Below the pieces are notes generated by a model. It was given only the letters and a program-made list of their open reading frames with translations, ran no database searches and was not told the origin of the DNA. Shown in pieces: positions 23,010 through 46,367 of a stretch of 55,321 nt of DNA. The stretch is taken from positions 1 to 55,321 of the forward strand of contig JYFJ02002529.1 in NCBI GenBank assembly GCA_000934665.2. Reading direction: 5' to 3'. The DNA is from Catajapyx aquilonaris. Lineage: Eukaryota. Both the position numbers and the translations under genes were made by a program. Positions within the stretch are counted from its first letter, which is position 1. The number at the start of each line of letters is the position of its first letter.

Positions 23010-26000
23010 ATGGGACCCGAACCCGAAGAAGAAGAAGCAGCACTTGAAGAAAGAGATGTGGGGGAAAATGAAGATGGGGCCAATGCCAGTCATGGAGAGG
23101 AGGAGGAGGAGGAGGAAGATGTGCAGGGGTCCAGCAGCAAGAAGGCGACGGTGGTCCTGGACAAGAGCAGCATCGAGTGCATCCCCATCTCGGATCAGGT
23201 CTGTACTATGCAATAACATGCGGAACTAAAGTTTGCCTGGATCTGTATCACTGCAAATTTCACTGATTCCTAGTCAAGATGTACTTGCCCAAGCATGATT
23301 CATGTATGTGCAGCATGAAATGTCCACTGTCATGGATCAAAGGCCGGAGAGAGGCCTAGCCGGGCCCCAGGGACAACAAAGATTCGGGCTCCCTTCGCTT
23401 GAATACAGACAGTGACAGTTTCAAATTTTCGTTCGAAATTGCTGTCCGCAAGAAAAAGGCATTGGGATTATATCGGGAAACATAGGGGCCATGCAGACGG
23501 GCCAAGCTTAGCCGCGGCTGGCCGCGGCCGCGACGGTTCACACCTAGCGGCCCCCTAGCAACGCCACGGCCAGGCCACGGGCTAACTTCCTGGAAGTTGG
23601 CCAGGGCCGCGGGGCCCATCTGCACGGCCCCATAATCAGGAGAGTCCGGATTTTTAGGCACGAAAAAGCCCGGAAATGGGCACGAAAAAAACCATCAAAT
23701 AGCCACTTAAATTGGCATAAAAAAACCTCAAATAGGCACATTTTTTTTACTGGAGGATAATGTTACAGAAAATAAAAAAGCTAGAACAATTTGGAGAATA
23801 ATATTAGCGAATATTGGCGAATATTGGCAAAAGGAATTGAAACTACTTAATGCCAATGATACATTTTTGTCAAGCTCAATCTCATTTGCATATGCTTTTG
23901 TGGTTTTCAGGCAGTGGAACTCCAGTCACTGGAGTTGTCAATGTATGAACAAGACAAGCTGGAGCGTGGATTCATGGAGCAACTGGAGGAGCAGACAGGC
24001 AACCTAAAAAATGAGTCGGAGAGGGATAGGCAGATACGAATGGGAGAGATGACACCCTTTGGCACCACGCTTACCAGAGGAAATGCAAGTAGTAGCACTG
24101 GGGCAGCCCTTACTGATTTTGAGCGTTACTTGATGAACCAAGCGGAGCTTTCCAAGAAACAAAAACGAAAGAAAGTGATCAAACCACAGAGGTTGGACGG
24201 AGACACTAGTTCTGAAAGTGCTGGTACACATATTAACGAACTTCAGAAAGGTTCTGATAAACTGGCAGGAAGTAAGGGAAAGAGTCCCTTGAAGATGAGT
24301 GTGCTGCACCCTAAGAAGCGTCCTAAACGTATACCAACTGGAACATGGACATCTGAAAATGCTACTGACAGAAGGAAACCAGGAAAAGTTCCAGGAGAGT
24401 TGGCCAGCATAGATTTGGAAAGTGGAAGCGAGTACGTTCCAAGTGATGAATCAGAAGATGAAGATGTAAAACCTAAGGCTAAGAAGCTGAAGCGAAAACA
24501 CTCAGTCAGGAAGACTGACGATGACAGTGATTTTTGGGCAACTGATGATAGTGACTGGGAGAGTTCTGAGGATGAGGCAAAACCACGTCGTCGGAAAAGT
24601 ATGTCCGTGACTTTGTATGGTAGCCTACTACTTTCTAAGTAGGCCTACCTTTCCTATTGGGAAAATAAGCAATAGACCTTGTTGCAAAGGGATATTTTGT
24701 GAAACTTGGTGTAGGCTACATATTGATTTGTATCACATCAACTTGTTTCTCTTTCAAGATAAAATTTGCTTCTTGATGCATCCAGTACTTTCAGCAAAGG
24801 AATGTTGTATGTTCCCTTGGTTTTGACAAAATCTTTTATCCCCCAAGTATGTCTTGGTTTCATAAATCCAAGTTTTATCATGTAAATGCCCTGAGATATA
24901 AATTTTGGAAACCAGTTTAATACCAGAAATTCTACTAGCTTTTGTGGATCTGCACATGCCACCTGAGGAAGGTGCAACTAATTGTTTTAAATTTTATTGA
25001 CAGGCAAGCTGCAAGTTGATGACGGCAACATGCTTGATTTCCGGGCACGTGTTAAAGGATGGAATGCTGAATCTGAATATGAGTTGCTTGATGGTGGACT
25101 GAGGGTGCCAATGAGATTGTGGGCACAGATGTACAAGTGAGTATCCAAACCAAAGTCACTGCAATACTGTTCAAATACATTTATTCTCATAAATAATTTT
25201 AAATAACTTGCCAGTCATTACACTGAAAGTACCTCTTAGAAACATAATCATTAACTAACTTTTGTGTATTGTGCAGATATCAACGTGTAGGTGTGAGGTG
25301 GCTGTGGGAGCTTCACCAGCAAGGCTGCGGTGGAATTCTGGGAGATGAGATGGGCCTAGGCAAGACTCTGCAGGTGATCAGCTTTCTGGCCTCATTGTCA
25401 TGCAGTGGTGAACCTAGTGAGGCTGGGGGTGTCCTGGTGGTCTGCCCAGCCACAGTCATGCATCAGTGGGTGCGGGAGTTTCATCATTGGTGGCCGCCTT
25501 TTCGAGTTGCTGTCCTTCACGGAACTGGAAGCTTCTCTGGTGAGATTAGGTTGCAGAGTTTCCATTGCATCAGTTTTATAGCTGAACCAATGTGACCTTC
25601 TGTTGGTTTAAATGAAACTGTTGATGGAAGTTGTTTTACAATAATCTAACATCCTGTATTACAAGGGTAAGGAGGATGATATATGAAACACTCGAGTAAA
25701 TGCAGTTCATTAATGCAGGTCCTCGTATGGTGCTGATCCGCTCTGTAGCTGAATCACGTGGTGTCTTGGTGACATCATATGCAGGACTGGTACGCAATGG
25801 AGAGCAGCTGTTGGCACAGCACTGGAGATATGTGGTACTGGATGAGGGCCACCGCATCCGCAATCCAGATTCGCAAGCTACAATAATGGCAAAGAGGTTC
25901 CCCACCCCTCACCGCATTCTGGTGTCTGGGTCTCCTCTCCAGAATAGTTTGAAGGAGCTCTGGAGCCTTATGGACTTTGTGTTTCCTGGGAAGCTTGGAA

Positions 26001-28304
26001 CATTACCTGTATTCATGCAGGAATTTGCAGTTCCCATCACTCAGGGAGGTTATGCCACTGCTTCTCAGGTATGCAACCTTGATCTCAGTTGAGTGGCATT
26101 TATAATGTGGGGAGAAAACTGCCAAAGTCAATTTGCTGTAAATGGAACCTTGATTTGAGGTGAACCTGTCTACTGCCACAGTCCAAATGAATGAATTATG
26201 TATGGTGTGATTACTCCTTTTTCAGGTTCAAGTAGCAACTGCATTTCGCTGTGCCTCTGTCCTACGTGACACCATCAACCCATACCTTCTCCGCCGCTGT
26301 AAAGATGATGTTCGGTCCCACTTAACATTGCCAGGCAAGAATGAGCAGGTCCTTTTCTGCCGCCTCACTGAAGAGCAACGTGCAGTCTACAAGGAGTACC
26401 TGCAGTCACCTGAAGTGTCACGTGTCCTTGATGGCCGGCTTCAAGTATTCATCGGATTGTTGGTACTGCGCAAAATATGTAATCATCCTGACCTATTCAC
26501 GGGAGGTCCAAAGCACTTTGGACCAATAGACGAAGATTTGCCAGAATCAGAGAAATACGGTTATTGGGAAAAATCAGGAAAAATGATAGTTATTGAGGCT
26601 TTGCTCCGCATGTGGCACAGCCAGGGCCAGCGTGTACTGTTATTTGCCCAAGGTCGTCAGGCACTGTGTGTGTTAGAGAACTTTGTTAAGCAACAAGGAT
26701 ACCGCTACTTGCGAATGGATGGTGCTACTCCAGTTGCATCCAGGCAGCCCATGATTACAGAATTTAATTCGAATGCAACCATTTTTGTATTTTTGTTGAC
26801 GACTCGTGTTGGTGGCTTGGGTATTAATCTCACAGGTGCCAACCGTGTGGTAATTTTTGATCCTGACTGGAACCCATGGACGGATGCCCAAGCAAGAGAG
26901 AGGGCATGGAGGATTGGTCAGACTCGTGAGGTCACAGTTTACAGATTGCTGACTTCAGGGACAATAGAAGAGAAGATCTTTCACAGACAAATCTTTAAGC
27001 AGTTTTTGGCCTTGCGAGTTCTGAAGGATCCAAGACAGAGGAGATTTTTTAAAGCCAACGATTTAATGGAGTTATTTACATTGCAAGAAGGAAGTGGGGA
27101 TGGAACAGAGACTGGAGCTATATTTGCAGGGACAGGGTCAGAGGTGAGGCCAAAAGCAAAGAAGAGAAGAAGTGAACAGGTGAAATTTTCAAGGGCAAAG
27201 TTGCATGCCATGAAGGAGCTGGCTAAAAGACTGAGCCAGCAGATTGCATTCAAGGGCAGAATAACAGAAACGGGAGGGAACAATGAAGAGAACAGTAAAT
27301 TGAGCACAGTGCCTTCAGAAAATGACATTGTCGGGTCATGCACTAAGCCAGAAGTTGCTAGCTGTAGCAGTCAAAATGTTTCCTGCAGTGTCTCACCTGT
27401 TAATGATAGTGAAAGACCAGAAACTTCATCCAGTAGTAATAATCTTGGCAATATTATTGAGCTTCGAGGTACTGAGAGTAACAGGCAAGGAGTCAGCTCC
27501 TCAAAATGCCAAACCAACCCTGGGTGCCAGCCCCCAAGTGGTCACTCTAAACCCGACAGAAAAAAGTATGGGACGTCATCCCATAGGCACCATACGCCTC
27601 ACAAACATTCCAAGCACAAACGCTCCACTTCAGGTGCCAAAGTTGATGGTGAGTCTGTTCCATATTTGACCCACCTGGAAGAATCAAAACTGGAAGAAGA
27701 TACTCAAGAAAGCAGTGCAAAGCAAGATGAGTACGTGTTGCGCAAGTTGTTTGCAAAATCTGGAGTCCATTCTGCTATGAAGCATGATGTACTTGTGTCA
27801 GAAGGTGATCCAGACTATGCTCTTGTAGAGGGCGAGGCAGACAAGGTTGCAAAGGCAGCTGTTTTAAAACTTCGAGAGTCACGGCGACATTGCTGGAGAC
27901 CTGGCTCAGGGGTACCAACTTGGACTGGGTCCAGTGGTGCCCCAAAACCCACATTTGGAAACAAGAAAAAATTAAATGCAGTGTCATCTGCAGATATCAT
28001 TTCCATGGCACACAGGCGTAACTGGTTGACCCAATCAGATGACGAAACAAATCCAACAGGTTTGTCATCTAGTGATGCTGACCTTCTTGATGAGATTAGG
28101 TCATTTGTTGCTTTTCGAGGTTGTGTTGAAGGTGTTGCAACTACATCTGAGCTTTTGAGGGAATTTCGTACCAAGGTCGCATCTGATTCTACTGCTCTTT
28201 TCAAGCACATACTACACAAGTTGTGTCTCTTCAAACGTGATCCAGAGTCAGGGTTGGGAACCTGGAGGCTCAGATCTGAGTTCAGAGATTTACCAAATAA
28301 TTAA
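23010..28304 (+). CDS. ERCC6: DNA excision repair protein ERCC-6 (CSB/Rad26), SNF2-family ATPase
   Basis: Exons 23010-23198, 23911-24598, 25004-25136, 25277-25539, 25719-26068, 26226-28304. Motifs [64 protein letters not shown] and a C-terminal winged-helix ending WRLRSEF; AATAAA near 28388. Confidence 0.96.
23485..23631. mobile_element. PIF/Harbinger-like MITE in ERCC6 intron 1
   Basis: TIRs GGGGCCATGCAGACGGGCC / GGCCCATCTGCACGGCCCC; 3-bp ATA on both flanks. Confidence 0.75.
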
Positions 28305-28443
28305 AAATGGGGAGTATTATTAGATAGTGCATATATCGTGATTTTTTATAAGGAAATTGTGATACTGATTATGGTTGTGATGGCAATAATAAACCAAATA
28401 AGTTCTGTACTTATGTGCTTGTTCTAATCCATGCATCATCCTT

Positions 28444-28540
28444 GACCTACTTCAGTTGTGTAATACACACTGGGCTCTCCTAGAGATTGGTTCCAAGATC
28501 TCTCATGGGTATCAAAATCTTCCGATGCTCAAGTCCCTTC
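28444..28540 (+). mobile_element. Tigger/pogo-type MITE left-end remnant
   Basis: GATTGGTTCCAAGA...TCAAAATC...GATGCTCAAGTCCCTT recalls Tigger3/MER2-type 5' ends (from memory, not searched). Confidence 0.45.
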
Positions 28541-29229
28541 TAATAACCGAAAAAAATTATCCGAAAAAGGGACAATTTTCCAAGTTTCGCGCATTTTTCC
28601 CTCCCCACTGTATTTTGCAATTTGGCTGAAACTTGATATGAAGTGTTACGGCATAGGTATGGTAGGTGTGTACAGCTGTGATTATTTTCCGAAAAATCCG
28701 AGATGGTCTAGCAACATTCATGCCCACTTGATTAGGAAAAAACTGATATATTTGAGGATTTTGTTTTTTTTGACTGTCCCGAGGTCAAAAACAAATCAAA
28801 GACAAAATGAATGCCCATTATGAGTTGCTTGTGACCTAAGGAACACAAATATGACGTTGAATTTCCATGGACAAAAAAAAGTCAAATTTTTTAATGTTTG
28901 TAAAACTTAGAAAACTTATGAATGATGATCTCAATGGGGAGATATCGGCATATTTTTTACTTTCCTTGTCTGAGAGTAGTGTTGAAATCTGGTGTCCCCT
29001 CGGGGGAATGCAAGAGGCAAATGCACCCACATTTGAACAAGTAAAGTATGTTCGTGGATTTTGTACGCTTTGGTGAACTGTATTTTAATGCATCCATATA
29101 ATTAAAACGAGATTACATGGCAACCGTGGCAACAATGCTTGATTGTTGTTGATTGCAGCTAAATTACAACCCCTTCTTTGCACGGCCTGTTTCCTTGGCA
29201 ATGCAATCGACAACAGTCAGTCATTTGTG

Positions 29230-29321
29230 ATAATTCGACGCCTAAGGATTATATTGTCGTATCTCGTATGCTTTAACATACGAGATACGACAATACGTAT
29301 AATCGTTAGGCGTCGAATTAT
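29230..29321. repeat. About 92-bp palindrome inside DNA-transposon debris
   Basis: ATAATTCGACGCCTAA...TATTGTCGTATCTCGTATG-ctttaa-CATACGAGATACGACAATA...TTAGGCGTCGAATTAT. Confidence 0.8.
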
Positions 29322-29602
29322 TATGAAACTATGGGTATTGCTGAATGTCATTGTTGCCATGGTAATGTAATCAACAATTGACTGTTATAGCCATACTATG
29401 TTACATTTTCCTAGCATCCCATAATTATTATATGGAACGGCCATTTTCTCGCAAACAAGCATTCAGAAAAATGTTGAATCTCGATTTTTGTGTTTTGGAA
29501 ACTAATATGAACTAATAGAAACAAAAAAAAGATCAAAAATGCAACAAAAACTTTTCCTGGCACATCTGGGTTAATAATGGCACAGAATCTTAAGTGGGCT
29601 CT

Positions 29603-29756
29603 ACACAGTCAGTCCGACTCCAACCGGATTCGACCATCGGACCTTCTGTGTAAATGGAATTCCATGTCAGAGCCAGGGAGGCTAGCTCAAGTCACCCAGG
29701 CAGGTCAGAGACAGGAGAGTGGGCGGGGCATGACATGACGTCGGATTGACTGTGTG
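29603..29756. mobile_element. Small MITE
   Basis: Inverted ends ACACAGTCAGTCCGAC / GTCGGATTGACTGTGT. Confidence 0.5.
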
Positions 29757-31487
29757 AATGAGTGTCCACCTCATCCTGGCTCTCTGATTGGCTAGTGGGG
29801 TCTTCTAGTCGAACTCCATGCCCCCCACACCGCCTTCACCTCAACCATTTTTTGGTAAACAAGCTTTGCCCCCACCCTCCACCCTCCTTCACAAAAACGT
29901 GTCCCCCTACCTTCGGACATCAGACATCGAACAGCAGACCTCTGTCTGAAGAGTGCCCCCGAGTAGGAGTCGGACCGCCTGTGTCGAGCCCACTTTACTT
30001 ACAGTATGCTTTGCTTACATTTGCTCCTGCAATATAAAACACGGACAAAAAATAACAAGTATGGACTTATGGGTAAATAATCAGAATCACTGCACAAGTA
30101 CCTTGGAGGACAATCTGGTTTACTTTACACAATAATTGTGGCAAAAAATGAGGGTGTACACAATATGATGAACAGGCTTTAAAAAAGTCCACCCACTGCC
30201 ATAGCAACACTGTGATTGGTTTCTTGTAACAATCTCCCAGTATTACAGAAAAAAAAGAACAAAAAAACAGGTGGTGAGTCTCCCACAAAACCCCAACTGG
30301 AAGGCACAAGTACTACGAGGGTCAAGTCTTTGTAGTTTTTAATTTACAGGATGTTATTACTCTTCATACTTTGTGGCTTACAAGCAGGCACACACTCATG
30401 CACTCGCACTTATCTCACGGGTGAATGGGAAATGATTTCATTTTTGGGGGAAGGGGGACGGAGATTCCGTTCACTTTTTGTCAGTTGTTAGTGTTGAGCT
30501 GCTCAGAAAGCTTATGTTGTGGAAAAAAGAGAGAAGGAATGGGAAGACTTGCTTTCAGACATGTAGATAAAGTTTTCCCCTAGAAGATCTTTGACTAGCT
30601 TTAAAAAGCACTTAAATAGTGATGAAAACACAAAAATAATAATTGGACATGGAGGTTTGGACCACCAGAGAGAAAAAAAGACGGAATTTCTATCTGCTGC
30701 CCAGTTTCGAGGCTCACAGTTGCTCAGGCTCACTTGTTGATTATATACACATACCTTCTTTTCATTTTCTTTTAAAAAACCCACATGACAAGCCTTTAAA
30801 AAATTTATGACCCTTCATGCATGGTGGGGAGGGAGATACAATGAAATGCTGTCTTGCAAAAAAAAAAAGAAAAAAAAGAAAGGGTTTTCCCCATACATTC
30901 TTATTGCAACCTTCTCTTAACTCCCTTGGGACAGATTTCACAACCTAGGCTGTGTTTATTGCCAACTTGTGATGTGATGTTGCTGGTATATTTGAGTCCA
31001 TTTTTCAGCCATTACTATCACTGTAGAGTTGACTTCTGCGCTGTTGGAACAGACTTTAACTTGCAGATTTGATATGACGGTATGTACAAACATGTTATGG
31101 CCCATCAAATGGCTCAGAATCGGCAGTGAAACTTTTCCATTGTTAAATCCACGGGGCAGGCAACAATGCAATCACTCAAATTCTTTTCTTAGCAAAAGGT
31201 CACTTGTTGTCGGAACTTTAAGTCATTTAGGTACATTTTACCTACATGAACGTTACAGAAGTCAAGTTCATTCAATAAATAATAACAAAACCACACTTGT
31301 CATCACTTGAATTCAGTGACAACTGCTGTCAACCAGTGCCAGTGACGTAGAAAGTAGAATGAGAGAGAGAGAGAAAAAAAAACCACCGGGTAACAAATGA
31401 AAGCGAGCTGTGATGAGACATGGAAGGCCTCTACTGGCAGTGATAATGGACCTGTGGTCATTTTAAATGGGACGAGTCTGGTGTGAG

Positions 31488-43370
<11,883 letters not shown>

Positions 43371-43654
43371 TTCGACCCAGGCAGCTCCCGTCCGGGTAGG
43401 TGACGGAGGCGGTGGCGGCGGCTCCCTCCTTCCCTCCGGACGGGCGGACGGACAGTCGGGGGTCCCGGCCCAGCACCGCACTATATACCACGCACCCGCC
43501 GCACTCGCACTGTTCAGTCTCCCGACCAGGGGATGCGCCCCAATGCTATCCTGCCTCTGCATCCATTCTCGCTCTCCTCTATCTGAGCGCACCTGCTGCT
43601 GTTGCAGCCTCACAATCCCTGCTTGTGTCCCTGCCTTCCTTCACTGGAAGTATC

Positions 43655-43763
43655 GCATTGGGGGTATCGATGCATCGATATTACTGGAAACGCGATACCA
43701 GGAACATCGATAATTAGGTATATCGATATATCAACGGTACGATACCTGACGATTCCGATGCTC
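43655..43763. promoter_or_regulatory. DRE/ATCGAT cluster upstream of Smurf
   Basis: ATCGAT cores near 43666, 43674, 43706; perfect TATCGATA at 43721-43728. Confidence 0.55.
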
Positions 43764-44064
43764 AAGTTCAGTGTGCTGTACACTGTACGTGTACTTTGTT
43801 GGATGATACAAAACATGATACAAAATAAGACCAGACTGGTACAAAAATGGGGACGCACGAAACACTTCTGCAATAGTTTATGCAATATACCTCGCTTCGC
43901 AATAATATTTGTCAATGATCCCACTCACGTGACTCACTAATGCAAATGTGCCGAAATTATGCAAATTATTATTGCTTTGCAGTGGTGTCGTACTAACCCG
44001 TGATAAAACCAGATCTCTGATAAAACGCTGCTGTTTAATTACCCCCGGCACGATGCAAATAAAC

Positions 44065-44147
44065 TGGCATTGACAATATCGATAATAGTATCGATTCGGA
44101 AGGTATCGAATTTGCAGTGCATCGATATATCAAAGTGTCGATGTCTG
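44065..44147. promoter_or_regulatory. Second DRE/ATCGAT cluster, bounded by short inverted ends
   Basis: TATCGATA at 44077-44084 plus further ATCGAT variants; ends GGCATTGACA / TGTCGATGTC. Confidence 0.5.
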
Positions 44148-44829
44148 TTGAGCAAGTTCCACCACCTCTACCTTGAGACTCTTTCCTAGATGAAGTGCTG
44201 CTTGCTTTCGCCACATCGCCGCTTGAGTCGCACCCACGCCCACAGGTGGCGGGAGCTTGCCACCACCACCACTGCCATCTATCGACGCGAGCGCTTACTC
44301 CACGTGAGACGTGACGGACACACAAACACGTCTTTGGCACCGTGTTTGAATGCGCACGACTGCACTGTTGCAAATGGCAAGTTTTGCCAATCAACTGGGG
44401 AAACTCTGCGCGACACGCTCTAGATCGCGGACTCCACAATCGCGCCAGAATCTTACGTCCACGAGTTCAAGCATTTTATATCTCAACACGAGGAATGGGA
44501 GTGCTGTGGTGTGCAAGGGACCAGGTCATTCCTTGGCAACTCAGCCATAAAATGATTTGTTGCTTGCCTGACCATGCAGCCCTTCCAAACAGCTTGTGAC
44601 CGAGATCAATAATAATAGGCAAAACATACCAACCATTTACAAGAGTTTGCTATACCAGAATTAATTGCCTGTTATTACTTGTCAAGCTCAATAGTGTAAC
44701 AAACTGCTTGGGATTAAATGTAAGAGGGACGTTCAGAAATGATTTACACTCTTTCTTATGAAATTAATGAGTGTTTTCAATATTTATTACCAATTACCTA
44801 AAAAAATTATAAGTTTATGACTGCTAAAG

Positions 44830-45001
44830 CAGTGCGGGGGCCCCATATGTTCAATTGTAAAAGTGGCAGTGCCGCAAGCTCCCCCCAACGCCCCCGTTGG
44901 AAGGGCCCAGCAACCCGTACGCACCGGCTGTGTATTGATGTATACAGTATATTGGGCCCTGGGCACGTGCCCCGGTAGGCCCCTTCGGTAATACGGCCCT
45001 G
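44830..45001. mobile_element. hAT-type MITE remnant (one end)
   Basis: Repeated GGGCCC motifs; terminal TAATACGGCCCTG. Confidence 0.5.
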
Positions 45002-46367
45002 GGGTTATGGCACAGGAAGGATGTAAATAAAAAGCACATGATTAGCATTACAATCCTTCATTGGTCAAGGAGGCACTTAATGGGGGAAACATAGTAAATT
45101 ACAAGAGATGTTGAACAAATCCGTAAGAGCCCAAGTCCTGCCAATGAAGGTCAAAATTAGAAGGAAAACAACAAGTTCACCAGAAACAAAAAGACAGGTA
45201 GGGAAATGTAATAATTATTCAAATATATCTACCTACAATAATCTCATATACTGTATATATAATCTATGTATAAAATCTCTTGACCATCCAAACACTAACT
45301 CTGTACATACCTTCCTTACATACAAAAACAGATAATAAACTACTCACAAAAAAGGGAGACGAGTATTAGTATTGAGAAGACTATTTTGTGAGGGAATTGG
45401 CAGAATTGTGTGGGTGAGGGATTTCAGGGTATTGAGAAGACTCGATGGAAGATCATCCCTACCAACAGAAACAAAATAAAAAATAAAATTATATATGCAA
45501 TAAAACATGAACAAGAGGTACCTGAGAGGTTACTTGATTTTTTTCTTTTTGCCTAGGTGGGAGACTTAATGAGCTTATAATTATGTGTAAAAAGTGGAGT
45601 GTACTTTGGGTGAGTATCCTCAAGGAATGTGTCTGTTAGCAAAATACTATGTCTTGCCACAGGTACGTACAAAAGAGAATACAAATTGCTGAGCTACACA
45701 TCTCACCTATGTTTCCTATTAACCTGCTGACTTAGAATGTTCATTCCATTTCACAAAAATGGCACCCAAGTCGTATCTATTATTCAAGACATGCTGGAAG
45801 TTATATCTGATCAAGGAAACTTGAACCTCTTCAACACTGGAATGCTCTTGAAACAACCAGATGTGCTCCACATTCCCACATAAGACAAATCTATGTCTCC
45901 ATAGATGTCACACAACTCCACTCTTGAAAACAGGGACCATCCATAAATTTAATAATGCCAGTTATCCATCAGCAATGCAAATAACCATAATGTTTTCCTG
46001 ATTGTGCATCACTGTGAGAGAGATGCCATGTGATGCAAATGTCACAATTTATCTAAAAATTAACATATAACAGCTATCAGATTTTACAATAATGACTGGA
46101 AATATTATTGAGGACAGGGCACAAAGCCAACAGGAAACAGTGTCACATAATTTATCAGAGGTCCCTGTATTGTGACCAGCATTGCAATTTTAAAAAGGTC
46201 ACATTATGACATAAATAATGGAAAGAGGGGAGGACAGCCAAGTACCAGAAGCAGTCACTGGAGCCTCCAGAGCTGGAACCATATATCCACCAGATGGCAC
46301 TGAAGACATCTTTGCTTATTAAGAAGCACTGGGGGAATTTTGGGACGCTGTTGAACGTTCCTGGCTT

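Noticed and set aside
23199..25276. CSB-piggyBac (PGBD3-like) fusion exon
   Set aside because: ERCC6 introns are short and hold no transposase ORF.
29945..29985. Hammerhead-like CTGAAGAG...CGGAC
   Set aside because: GAAA core absent and stem II poor.
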